Both the position numbers and the translations under genes were made by a program. DNA of 64,000 nucleotides, taken from assembly GCA_964441565.1 (NCBI GenBank), contig CAYTWW010000004.1, positions 35,407 to 99,406 on the forward strand, written 5' to 3'. Numbering within the stretch: the first letter of the stretch is position 1; each line of letters begins with the position of its first letter. Under the pieces are notes generated by a model. That model did no database searches. It saw nothing but the letters and a program-made list of their open reading frames with translations, and had not been told where the DNA came from. This DNA comes from an uncultured Methanosarcinales archaeon (GTDB lineage: Archaea > Nanobdellota > Nanobdellia > Woesearchaeales > GW2011-AR15). Of the stretch, positions 38,354 to 47,524 are shown piece after piece.

Positions 38354-39291
38354 GAAAGATACTTTTCATACTAGCTCTGCTCTCAGCTGCAGTGTTGGCA
38401 GATTGCGACCAGGTCGCTTGCCTCAATCAGGCTGAGAAAGCATGGTGCTCCCCAGGAGACTCTGCCTGTGTATTCTCTGAATGCGGCTTTTTTGAAGAGA
38501 GCGATGCAGATGGAGACAGCTGGACAGACAGCTGCGATGCATTCCCACAGGATGCTTCAGAGCAGGTGGATTATGACGCAGATGGCTGCGGCCACAACTC
38601 AGACATCGACGATCTCGACCATTCTGAAGTCTCTGGCTGTGAGGTCATCACAGACGATGATGACGATGATGACGATGACGACACAGAGGATACAGACGAG
38701 GATGGCATCGAAGACGAGTCTGACAACTGTCCAACTGTCGCAAACCCTGACCAGGCAGATAATGACGGAGATGGCCTAGGCGATGCATGTGACAACTGTC
38801 CTTCGACATCAAATCCTGACCAGGCAAATGCTGACGCAGACGGAACAGGCGATGCTTGCGAAGTTGTCGAGAAGAAAGAAAGCATCAGCTCAGGGAGCGG
38901 AGGAAGCGGACTAGGCACAGGCATCTGCATGTCAAGGGCATGGAGATGCGGTGAGTGGTCAGCATGCGAAGAAGGAACGCAGACAAGGACCTGCGATCAG
39001 ATCAACTTCGACTGCAAGGGTGACGAGAACAAGCCAAAGGAATCGCAGACCTGCGAGATGCCTGTCGAAGAAGTGATCCAGACACAGGACCAGCAGTCTG
39101 AAGAGACGGAAGAAGAGACCCAGGAGGAGACGGCAACAGTCACTCCTGTAAAGGAAGATAGTGCAGGGCTTTCAGGCATCACAGGAAATGTGATAGACGT
39201 GCCTAGGGGAGAATTCAACCCATGGATCCTGCTTCCAGTGTTCCTCGGCGGACTCTTGCTGATCTTCCTGTTCTTCAGGAAGAAGAACTGA
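38350..39291 (+). CDS. Secreted Cys-rich thrombospondin-type-3-repeat (Ca-binding) surface protein with poly-Asp tract and a C-terminal TM/basic anchor
   Basis: Signal MRKILFILALLSAAVLA. TSP3 repeats DNCPTVANPDQADNDGDGLGDACDNCPSTSNPDQANADADGTGDAC. D10 tract. C-terminus …NPWILLPVFLGGLLLIFLFFRKKN*. Confidence 0.7.
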   Translation: MRKILFILALLSAAVLADCDQVACLNQAEKAWCSPGDSACVFSECGFFEESDADGDSWTDSCDAFPQDASEQVDYDADGCGHNSDIDDLDHSEVSGCEVITDDDDDDDDDDTEDTDEDGIEDESDNCPTVANPDQADNDGDGLGDACDNCPSTSNPDQANADADGTGDACEVVEKKESISSGSGGSGLGTGICMSRAWRCGEWSACEEGTQTRTCDQINFDCKGDENKPKESQTCEMPVEEVIQTQDQQSEETEEETQEETATVTPVKEDSAGLSGITGNVIDVPRGEFNPWILLPVFLGGLLLIFLFFRKKN

Positions 39292-39374
39292 ATTTTTTCA
39301 TCTATTTTCTTGTGCTGAATCATTTCTTACACGTTGGAGGAACACCTGATAAGGTTCATGACATCAAGGTATCG

Positions 39375-39830
39375 ACTACTACCAAGGCATTATTCCTCTC
39401 TAGTTTCTCGTGGTGCTCGTAGTACTTTGTTTTTCCACAGATCAGAGAAGAGATTTTTCAAGAAGTGAAGAGACTGTTGCTTTACTCACTGCACATCAGA
39501 GCGTGATATGGGAGCCTCTGGCACTTATGGCTTCACAGAATCACCAAGGTGCTCAGGACTTTTCGTCCTGGCACCCACTAGGGTGGCCAAGACGAAGTCT
39601 TGGTATCACTCGAAGTATCTCGTGATTCCGATCTGATTGATTACCAAGGCACTGAGGACTAGCGTCCTGGTAGCACCAAGGCTTCCGATATTGCGCGATG
39701 GAAGCAGTGATCGGAATTAAGCAATGTCTTTTTCTTTTCCAGCTCTTTTTTCTGATTATCAGTATGAAATAAAGGCTCATTTACACCTACAGGAGCCTCT
39801 GGTGCTTCTTTCCAGGTGAATGAAGCCAAC
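39375..39830. repeat. Copy C of the dispersed composite intergenic repeat (rearranged, partly inverted)
   Basis: TATCACTCGAAGTATCTCGTGATTCCGATCT (39603-39633) matches the reverse complement of 48905-48935 exactly. Hairpin units GCTCAGGACTTTTCGTCCTGGC and CACTGAGGACTAGCGTCCTGG. Two GGGAGCCTCTGG(C/T)(A/G)CTTC boxes (39510, 39792). …GATCGGAATTAAG…TTTTCCAGCTCTTTTTT…. Confidence 0.75.
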
Positions 39831-39848
39831 TGGTTCGCTTAAGTTAGC

Positions 39849-40952
39849 CTACACAGCTTTCTCAGCGACTCTCCAGGTCCACATGACATTGATGATGTAG
39901 TTCCAGACGAATGCGACAAGGATGCCGACCAGATTGGCAGCCAGGTAATACATATTGAACTTCTCTACAAGCAGCAGCAGTATCAGGTAGTTGATGGCAA
40001 ATCCTCCGGCTGCTGCGATATGGAACTTAGCGAGCTTGCCCATGAATGAACCGCCTTTGACTTCCCTGAAGGTCCAAAGGTTGTTAAGGAAGAAATTCCA
40101 GAGGATGGAGAGTTCGACAGCTATCGGGCTTGAATACAGATACTTGATCTTCGCATGCTCTGTGAGAAGCCATAGGAACAGCATGTTGATGAAGATGCCT
40201 GTCCCTCCTACAAGGCTGAACTTGATGAGCTTCTCGCTTGACTTCATCCTGAGACGCACACTGTTCATGAAGAACTCCTGCATGTCCTTCCTGCTGATCT
40301 TCGACTCCCCATGCTGCCTGAGCCGGAAGACCAGAGGGATCTCTTTTACACGAGCGCCGTGCCTGAGGAATTCGTAGAGGACTGTGGATTGGAACGCATA
40401 TCCCTTGGTCTCAAGATCCTCTTTCTTTATCTTCTTGTATATCGAGGTCCTCAGCGCCCTGTAGCCGGATGTGCAATCATTGACCTTGTAGAGCCCTGCT
40501 ACGAACCTGGCGAAGAAGTTCCCCCCTCTTGATATGATCTGCCTTGTGATGGGGAACCCAGGCGTGCCTCCGCCTGGGATGTACCTCGAACCTATCACGA
40601 AATCATATCCTTCGTCGATGGCACGCATGAAATGCGGGATGAGGTCCGGAGGATGCTGCAGGTCAGCGTCCATCTCGAGCATCACATCTGCTTTCAGATG
40701 ATGCGCCGCATGGTCGAAGCCTCGGATATAGGCAGCGCCAAGCCCATTCTTCTCCCCAAGGAGGAGATGTATGTTCTTATGCTTCTGCTGGAATTTCCTG
40801 ACTTCGTCGGCTGTGCCGTCAGGACTCTTATCATCGACGACAAGTATGTGCATGTCATGCTTGATCTTCCTGAACTCTTCAAGGAGGAGGGGGATGAGTT
40901 TTTTGATATTCTGCTTTTCGTTATATGTCGGTAGGACAATCACTGCTTTCAT
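39849..40952 (-). CDS. GT2 glycosyltransferase of the dolichyl-phosphate mannose/glucose synthase (Dpm1-like) type fused to a C-terminal GtrA-like membrane domain
   Basis: Internal start MKAVIVLPTYNEKQNIKKL…, …LVVDDKSPDGTADEV…, DAD (…EMDADLQHPP…). C-terminal 4-TM GtrA-like region. Confidence 0.8.
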   Translation of the reverse strand: MKAVIVLPTYNEKQNIKKLIPLLLEEFRKIKHDMHILVVDDKSPDGTADEVRKFQQKHKNIHLLLGEKNGLGAAYIRGFDHAAHHLKADVMLEMDADLQHPPDLIPHFMRAIDEGYDFVIGSRYIPGGGTPGFPITRQIISRGGNFFARFVAGLYKVNDCTSGYRALRTSIYKKIKKEDLETKGYAFQSTVLYEFLRHGARVKEIPLVFRLRQHGESKISRKDMQEFFMNSVRLRMKSSEKLIKFSLVGGTGIFINMLFLWLLTEHAKIKYLYSSPIAVELSILWNFFLNNLWTFREVKGGSFMGKLAKFHIAAAGGFAINYLILLLLVEKFNMYYLAANLVGILVAFVWNYIINVMWTWRVAEKAV

Positions 40953-41058
40953 AAGCAGGATTCCAGTGAAAGGACTATAAAAATATTTCCCGAATAATCT
41001 GAAGGTACGAGACGTCATCTCTAAAGGGTGATAAACTTTATATCTAGGATCCTACCAC

Positions 41059-42096
41059 TTGCCGGATATGACGACCATGACATCCTTCTTGGGAGCAGAT
41101 CTTACTCTCACAGATATTGCGAGGATGATGAGGAGGATCGCACCTATTCTGGAGGAATCATCATACATATGGGGTTCATCAGCAAGCTGGGCAACTCCTG
41201 GCGCTTCACCAAGGTTCAATCTGCTCGACGGAGAGTACTTCAGTCTCCCCATAAGATTATCGCAAGGCATCTGGGTCATCCAGAACTGGCCTAATGGCGA
41301 TGGAGGGATGAATGATCAGGTAGAAAAAGACAGGAACTACACTGATTCGCAGCGTGCATCAAGGTTCTTGCCCACGCAGATGGGTTCGATGGTCGCATGC
41401 GTCAATGGGCGTATGGGAGACAGGAGGCTTCAGGGATCTGTCAACGAAGTATCAGGTCATGAGCTCCGAGGCTTCCTGACGAAGACATATCCTCTTTCTG
41501 AAGGTGAATTGTCAGGGCAGTTCTACAGGACAGTAATAAATGGATCCACATTGCCAGATTCAGAAAAGAGGTGGTGCGCTCAGGCGAGTCTTGAAGGTCT
41601 GATGGAGAGTTTCACAAGAAGCATACCTTTCAACCTCTTCGCATCTGGTCTTGCTGACAAGTATCTCGAGAAGACAACTCCTCCATGGTCGCTAGCCTAT
41701 AGACGCATGGTTGAAGGCGCTGATCTGGAAAGCCTGGGGGTGTTGGAAGAGATATACTATACTTTTGACAATTCCAGCTTCATCGCTTCTACGAGGCCAG
41801 AGATACTATCAATGGCAATCTATCTGGCTGGAAAGAATGGAAAAAACTCAGTGCCTATCTACAAGCTACGAGATGACCAATGGGTGCTAGCAACTCTTCA
41901 TGAGGATACTGAGAATACGGTCAGGATATTGAGGAATGCTGATGAGACAGCTGTTGGGGAAGTTGAACAGGTGACGCAGCTAAACTGCCGACCTCCATTG
42001 ACAGATGACTATGGACGACCTTGGCTAGGCCATAGGATCGCATATCAGTTAGACGGAGAAAAGAACTCTTTCTATCTCGATGAGAGGAAACTATAA
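41059..42096 (+). CDS. Hypothetical protein (345 aa, soluble)
   Basis: Long ORF with coding-like composition. No motif recognised. Confidence 0.4.
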   Translation: MPDMTTMTSFLGADLTLTDIARMMRRIAPILEESSYIWGSSASWATPGASPRFNLLDGEYFSLPIRLSQGIWVIQNWPNGDGGMNDQVEKDRNYTDSQRASRFLPTQMGSMVACVNGRMGDRRLQGSVNEVSGHELRGFLTKTYPLSEGELSGQFYRTVINGSTLPDSEKRWCAQASLEGLMESFTRSIPFNLFASGLADKYLEKTTPPWSLAYRRMVEGADLESLGVLEEIYYTFDNSSFIASTRPEILSMAIYLAGKNGKNSVPIYKLRDDQWVLATLHEDTENTVRILRNADETAVGEVEQVTQLNCRPPLTDDYGRPWLGHRIAYQLDGEKNSFYLDERKL

Positions 42097-42109
42097 ATAG
42101 CAGCCAGGA

Positions 42110-43174
42110 GTGCGATTCAATCTTATGATACTTGAGATATCGCTCCTGATCCTCTCGATCTTCCTCCTCTCTTCAGGGAGCGACGTATTTGTAGATGCTG
42201 TCAGCAGGCTGGCTAAGAGGCTTGGTGTCTCAGAATTCATAATCGGGCTTACCATGGTCGCATTCGCGACAAGCCTTCCTGAGCTTGCTTCGACCATCGT
42301 GTCCGCATACCAGGGCCATCATGGCATTATCGTAGGAAATGTCATCGGCAGCAACCTTGCGAATATCGGACTGATCCTGGGCCTCTCGGCTATGATCTCG
42401 ACTCTCAAGGTAGACACAGAGGTCCTGAAGAGGGATGGGTACATCATGGGATTCGCGACTCTCTTGTTCTATATCTTCGCCTTGAATAAAAAGATCTCAA
42501 GGTTGGAGGCGTTCTTCTTCATCCTCATCTATTTCGCCTACATACTGTTCCTCCTGAAATCGAAGAAGCTTTTCAAGGAGTATCACTTCAAGGAGTTCTT
42601 CGATTACTTCCTGAAGTTCGAATACATCAATACACTCTATGAGATAACCCGTCCTCCTGTCCTGCCTGACAGGAGGATCTTCCTCAAGACAGAAAGGCAG
42701 GCAGAGAGCTACGTGAAGAAGAAGATGATCAAGGATGGTCTCCTTGCTTCCGCATCCATTGTCATGGTTGTGGTGGGAGCCAATCTTCTGGTGAGCAATT
42801 CCATCTGGCTCGCAAGCCTGATCGGTATCCCTCAGGCTTTTGTCGGGCTCACAGTGGTCGCCATAGGCACTTCCCTCCCTGAGCTGACTGTCTCTCTATC
42901 TGCAGCAAGGAAAGGTTTCGCGAACATGGCTGTAGGGAACATCCTGGGAAGCAACATCGCAAATATCCTCCTCATCATGTCAGTCGGGTCTATCGTATCC
43001 CCTGTCGAGATATCTGTCACCAATCTTGTGTTCGTGATACCGTTCCTCTTCTTCCTGTCAAGCCTCCTTATGTTCTTCATCAGCCTGGATGGGAAGATAG
43101 ACAGGATGAAAGGCAGCGTGCTGATGATCCTCTACATCGTATTCATCTGCATCTCATTCATCTACGGGCTCTAG
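42110..43174 (+). CDS. Na+/Ca2+ (cation/Ca2+) exchanger, CaCA family (YrbG-like)
   Basis: Two alpha-repeats: GTSLPELASTIVSA… and …GTSLPELTVSLSAA…, each preceded by GSNLANIG / GSNIANIL. Confidence 0.85.
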   Translation: MRFNLMILEISLLILSIFLLSSGSDVFVDAVSRLAKRLGVSEFIIGLTMVAFATSLPELASTIVSAYQGHHGIIVGNVIGSNLANIGLILGLSAMISTLKVDTEVLKRDGYIMGFATLLFYIFALNKKISRLEAFFFILIYFAYILFLLKSKKLFKEYHFKEFFDYFLKFEYINTLYEITRPPVLPDRRIFLKTERQAESYVKKKMIKDGLLASASIVMVVVGANLLVSNSIWLASLIGIPQAFVGLTVVAIGTSLPELTVSLSAARKGFANMAVGNILGSNIANILLIMSVGSIVSPVEISVTNLVFVIPFLFFLSSLLMFFISLDGKIDRMKGSVLMILYIVFICISFIYGL

Positions 43175-43926
43175 ATGAAGAGAAGGAAGATCCCGAGGAG
43201 GAAGCAGTAGGCTGAGAAGGCATAGAACATATTCTTCTTGATTATCCTGATCAGGAGCCTCATGGAGACAAATCCAGTGACTATGGCTGTCATCATGCCT
43301 GCGAGCGTCGGTAGCAAATCCAGGCCTGCGATGCCTGGAAGCTTCAACACTGTCGCTCCGAGGACAAGGGGGATGAACAGGAGGAACGAGAACCTTGCTG
43401 CCTCTTCCCTGTCAATTCCCAGGAGCAGCGCTGAAGAGATTGTGGATCCTGACCTTGATACTCCGGGGAGGACTGCCAGGGCCTGGATTGCCCCGATCGC
43501 GACAGAGCTCGCGAAGGTCATCTTCTCATGGTTGACAATAGGATACCTTGACAGGTATAATAGGGCTGAAGTGAGGAGCAGCCCATAACCGACGATCCTA
43601 AGGTCTGAGAACGCAGAATCTATGAAATCTCCGAGGAAGACTCCCGCAAGAGCTGCAGGGACTGTCGCGATGCATAGGAGCAGGAACATCTTAAGTGCCT
43701 TCGGTTCCCTCCTGAGTATGCCGACCAAAAGCCAGTGGATATCTTTCCAGAAGACGACAAGCACTACAAGGAGGCTAGCGATATGGAGGGCGACATCGAG
43801 CGCCACTGCTTCCCCCACGCCAAGGAAGTGCTGGACAATCGCAAGGTGGCCGGATGAGCTTATAGGCAGCCATTCAGTGACTCCCTGGACTGCGCCAAGC
43901 AATATCGCCTCCCAGACAGTGACCAT
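43171..43926 (-). CDS. uppP: Undecaprenyl-diphosphatase (BacA/UppP)
   Basis: MVTVWEAILLGAVQGVTEWLPISSSGHLAIV… is the canonical UppP N-terminus. It has a second …SRSGSTIS… motif. Confidence 0.9.
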   Translation of the reverse strand: MVTVWEAILLGAVQGVTEWLPISSSGHLAIVQHFLGVGEAVALDVALHIASLLVVLVVFWKDIHWLLVGILRREPKALKMFLLLCIATVPAALAGVFLGDFIDSAFSDLRIVGYGLLLTSALLYLSRYPIVNHEKMTFASSVAIGAIQALAVLPGVSRSGSTISSALLLGIDREEAARFSFLLFIPLVLGATVLKLPGIAGLDLLPTLAGMMTAIVTGFVSMRLLIRIIKKNMFYAFSAYCFLLGIFLLFI

Positions 43927-43947
43927 GCATAAGAAGAGGCGGGAGGA

Positions 43948-44343
43948 CTATAAAAAAGCTTCGCGGCGTCTCTTCATCATGAAATGGATCGACCTGCCTA
44001 GGACATAGAATGCCAGGGCACCAAGAGCGCCTGCGAGCATGTCCTTCCTTGAGAAGACCCTGTGGTCTGTCAGCGTGCGCTGCAAGATCTCTATGGCGAC
44101 TGATGCGATTCCAGAATACAGGAGCGCTCCTTCGAATGGCCATCTGAACCTGAGCTCAAGGAGCAGGAGGGAGAGAAGCAGGCTGGTCCCGAAGAATGCG
44201 AGGAAATGCATAGGATACCCAGAGAACACATCTTCACCTATTCCCGGGCTTATCCTTGAGAGCGACGCATAAAGTATGAATGCCTGGCTGGATATGAATG
44301 CTATCGACAGCAGGACTCTTCTCATCGGCTGTGGGAGCGACAT
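43948..44343 (-). CDS. VanZ-like family membrane protein
   Basis: 131 aa, 4 TM. …HFLAFFGTS… and …EILQRTLTDHRVFSRKDMLAGALGA… match the VanZ motifs. Confidence 0.6.
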   Translation of the reverse strand: MSLPQPMRRVLLSIAFISSQAFILYASLSRISPGIGEDVFSGYPMHFLAFFGTSLLLSLLLLELRFRWPFEGALLYSGIASVAIEILQRTLTDHRVFSRKDMLAGALGALAFYVLGRSIHFMMKRRREAFL

Positions 44344-44357
44344 GATGTATATAAAAC

Positions 44358-45809
44358 CTAGTCCAGGAACAAAAGCCTTCCCTCTACCTTGCCACCGATA
44401 TTCTGATGATCACGCAGGTATTCTTCCATGACTTCCTGCATCGATGTGGTGATGACCTTCCCCTGGCCAAGCTCCTCTGGATCAAGGTCAAGGTATGCCT
44501 TTACATTGTTGTAGTGGTAGCCAGGCATGCAGATGGTGTAATCCTTTCCATCGTCTACAGGCTTTCCGCAGATCTCAAGCGATGATAAGCATCTCCTGCT
44601 CTCTGAGTATTTTGCGCTGACACCAGAGTTTACCTGATAGCATTCCCCCTCGCCACCTCTGTTCTCCTTGCGCATGAAGTGGCCAAATGCCCGCTTCAGC
44701 ATGCACCCTTTGACGCTGAACCTGTGCATGCTGTCTGAATAAGGGAAGCTTGTCATGAATTCCTGCAAGGTCACGAGAGGTCCGAGCTTCTTTGTCCTGA
44801 TGGAACCGCTTCCGATAAGGACGACATCTGCTCCTGACACATCCTTGAATGCATCTGCGAAAAGATTGCCCAAGGATGTCTCTATTGTCCTGTCTGGATG
44901 TGTCATCTCCCCGCTGAGCTTGCAGAGGATGGAGCTATATTTCTTATCGACTTCCTTCTTGTATTCCTGGATGTAATCCAGGAGCCTCTTGTCAGGCTCA
45001 GCTATCGAGGAGTCGATAGGGATGAGCTGCCACTTCCACTCGATGATGCTATTGGTGTCATCATCGACAAGGATATCGAACCTTCCTATCTGGTCAGTGC
45101 CTACTCCTGCCTGCGCAATCAAGATGTTGTTGATCTTCTCAGGCTGCTCAAGCACTGTGTGGCTATGGCCGCCGATTATCATGTCGACGCCCCAGCCAGG
45201 GTCGAGGAGGCGTGCAAGCTCCTTGTCTGAGTCGAAACCTATATGTGTCAGGCAGATAGTCAGGTCGATGTCGTCATTCTTGTATGCATTGCATATCCTC
45301 CCGACCTCTCCTGCAGCTTCCTTGAGCGTGACGAAGCTGCCGATGAGCTTGTCCTTGGCCAGGGCATCTATCACCTTCTCTGTGACTATGCCTGTGAAAA
45401 GGACGTCGAACCCTGCCTTGTTCAGGATGAGGTATGGCTTCATCAGGCGCTTGTTGTATGGCTTGATGTAGAGGTTGGCATTGACGATCGGAAAATTCGC
45501 GACCTTCTCGAGGAACAGTAGATGGGGAAGACCGTAATCGAACTCGTGGTTCCCGAGCGCCACGACATCAGGGCAGAGATAGTTCATTATCTCCATCGTC
45601 GAGACTCCCTTGTATTCAGAATCTATGATGGATCCCTGGAGCATGTCTCCGGATATGACGTAGAGGACATTTTCCTCCTCCTTACGGACCTTGTTGATAT
45701 AGCCTGATAGTAGCGCCAGGCCACCTATCATCTTCTCGTTGCCCTGCTCTGCAAGGAAATCTCCATGCATATCATTGGAATGCAGTATAACAAACCTTTT
45801 CGCTGCCAT
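44358..45809 (-). CDS. Bifunctional metallophosphatase/5'-nucleotidase (UshA-like)
   Basis: N-terminal calcineurin-like motifs FVILHSNDMHGDF… and …GNHEFDYG…. C-terminal 5'-nucleotidase domain. Confidence 0.8.
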   Translation of the reverse strand: MAAKRFVILHSNDMHGDFLAEQGNEKMIGGLALLSGYINKVRKEEENVLYVISGDMLQGSIIDSEYKGVSTMEIMNYLCPDVVALGNHEFDYGLPHLLFLEKVANFPIVNANLYIKPYNKRLMKPYLILNKAGFDVLFTGIVTEKVIDALAKDKLIGSFVTLKEAAGEVGRICNAYKNDDIDLTICLTHIGFDSDKELARLLDPGWGVDMIIGGHSHTVLEQPEKINNILIAQAGVGTDQIGRFDILVDDDTNSIIEWKWQLIPIDSSIAEPDKRLLDYIQEYKKEVDKKYSSILCKLSGEMTHPDRTIETSLGNLFADAFKDVSGADVVLIGSGSIRTKKLGPLVTLQEFMTSFPYSDSMHRFSVKGCMLKRAFGHFMRKENRGGEGECYQVNSGVSAKYSESRRCLSSLEICGKPVDDGKDYTICMPGYHYNNVKAYLDLDPEELGQGKVITTSMQEVMEEYLRDHQNIGGKVEGRLLFLD

Positions 45810-45827
45810 ATGCAGATGGGCTTGAAG

Positions 45828-47261
45828 CTACTTTAAAAATTTTGCCAGAGACACAAAATCCTGTTTCCTGTAGATGAGGTTCTGCATAGGGAAGATGATC
45901 ACAGAAGCTGATTGGTCCTGGAGCCTGTGATCCGCATTCAGCTCAGTATAGTCGCGGTAGAGACCTATGGACCAGTGCTCGCTACCTGCCTGGATGGAGA
46001 AGAAGGTGTTAGGCACTTCAGGCGGGGACATGTTTTTCCAATGTGCCAGGACCATCATCTCAGCCCCGAGCTTGGCAAAAACCGGGACATTTGTCTTCAC
46101 GCAGAGACCTTTCCTGTTGACATCATACATCGTCCTCTTCAAAGTAGGCATGGAGATGCCCAGCTTCTTCGCCAGCTCTGACTTCTGTCTGCAGCCAGTG
46201 ACAGCAAGCTGGACCAGCCTTTTCTCCCTCTCTGTGACTTCTACCAATTCTGTCTTCACCATCCTTGGCACAGGCTCCTGGCCAAGGCTGAAGAACCTGT
46301 CGACTATGCCTGCGAAACTGAAGAAATTCATCTTGGATCTCTGGTCGAAGACGTGAAGCATCTCATGCTCAGGCATGAAATTCTTCCTATGATCATGATT
46401 CATCGCCTGCACTGACGACCTGGTCTCCTGATATTCCCTGAAGTCATGGTACATGGTCAGCGAGAATCTTGCTCCGCTGATCACAAGACAGAATATCAGG
46501 TTTGTGCACTTGTCAAGGAACCCGGTGATTTCTTTCCATGCGATAGGATCCTCTTTTGAGATATCCATCTTCTGCCTTGCGTAGGACATATGGATATAGG
46601 GGAATCCCAGAAGGTCATATCGTGGGAGGCAGGCAGGGTAGAAGTAGCCTTCCTTTAGCAACCTGTTCCTGATGCAATTCAGGCTGACCCGGTTCATCCT
46701 CAATTTATCAGCCAGTTGGCTCATGGTGAGGTCCGGATATGCGACCAGGCCGTAGAGCGCCATCTTCTCCATCCTGGTCAATGGGATCTTGGCCAGCTGC
46801 TTCTTCTGGGGGATGTCAACCTGCCTCTTCAACTGAGCTTCCTTCTCTTTGAGTAGCTCCTCGAGGTGGGACTGATAGCTTTCATGTTCCTTCTCTTCCT
46901 TCTTGATATGATCGACATCCTTGGCCTGGACAATCGCCACCTGGTCTCCTCCCAGCTCCATGAGCCTCGCAGAAAGGAGCATGAGATGTATCTCTCCTGA
47001 CGATAAGCGGAACTGGACTTCAAAATCTGTGATAGTTCCTTTCTCCTGAAGCCTCCTATAGAATAGTTCCCTCTGCTTGAGGTTCACCCATGTCCTGCCA
47101 GCAATCTCTTTGGTTCCGATGACCTGGTCATCCTGATAGAAACCATATGACTTCAAGGCTTCGTTTATGTGGAGGATCCTGTTGTCTTCCAAGCGCAGGA
47201 CAAAAGCAGGATCAGGAAGAGCCATGAATATCCTCCTGAATGTGTCATCGTTTTGTTCCAT
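45828..47261 (-). CDS. PAS-domain transcriptional regulator with two HTH modules
   Basis: N-terminal PAS (…FRRIFMALPDPAFVLRLEDNRILHINEA…), coiled-coil linker, HTH-like …LTMSQLADKLRMNRVSLNCIRNRL… and …KSELAKKLGISMPTLKRTMYDV…. Confidence 0.55.
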   Translation of the reverse strand: MEQNDDTFRRIFMALPDPAFVLRLEDNRILHINEALKSYGFYQDDQVIGTKEIAGRTWVNLKQRELFYRRLQEKGTITDFEVQFRLSSGEIHLMLLSARLMELGGDQVAIVQAKDVDHIKKEEKEHESYQSHLEELLKEKEAQLKRQVDIPQKKQLAKIPLTRMEKMALYGLVAYPDLTMSQLADKLRMNRVSLNCIRNRLLKEGYFYPACLPRYDLLGFPYIHMSYARQKMDISKEDPIAWKEITGFLDKCTNLIFCLVISGARFSLTMYHDFREYQETRSSVQAMNHDHRKNFMPEHEMLHVFDQRSKMNFFSFAGIVDRFFSLGQEPVPRMVKTELVEVTEREKRLVQLAVTGCRQKSELAKKLGISMPTLKRTMYDVNRKGLCVKTNVPVFAKLGAEMMVLAHWKNMSPPEVPNTFFSIQAGSEHWSIGLYRDYTELNADHRLQDQSASVIIFPMQNLIYRKQDFVSLAKFLK

Positions 47262-47438
47262 CTTTTCGATTATGTTAAATTCTAGTGGCTTATTATCCTT
47301 TTTGTTTTAGAGATTCCAAATTATTCCTCAGAGGATTTTTATTTTGTAAAAAAAATAGCACCATATATGACAAGAACATAAATTTATATACCTGCATGTG
47401 ATTTAAAACGCTTGTGAAAAGCTTCCAGCTTTATCACA

Positions 47439-47481
47439 ATCGCTCCTACAGTGATGACAATTGACAGCGAACAGGAGCGAT
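47439..47481. promoter_or_regulatory. Inverted repeat ATCGCTCCT-N25-AGGAGCGAT in the divergent promoter region between the PAS-HTH regulator and the radical SAM gene
   Basis: 9-bp perfect arms. An AAATTTATATACC TATA-like element lies ~60 bp further upstream. Confidence 0.4.
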
Positions 47482-47524
47482 CCTTTTCAACATCTATTTA
47501 AGGGCCACATCTTTCTGATCAGAG

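Noticed and set aside
38571-38930. Minus-strand 119-aa ORF rich in Ser/Pro inside the TSP3 gene
   Set aside because: It is the antisense of the GAY/GAC-rich acidic repeat region and is a typical shadow ORF.
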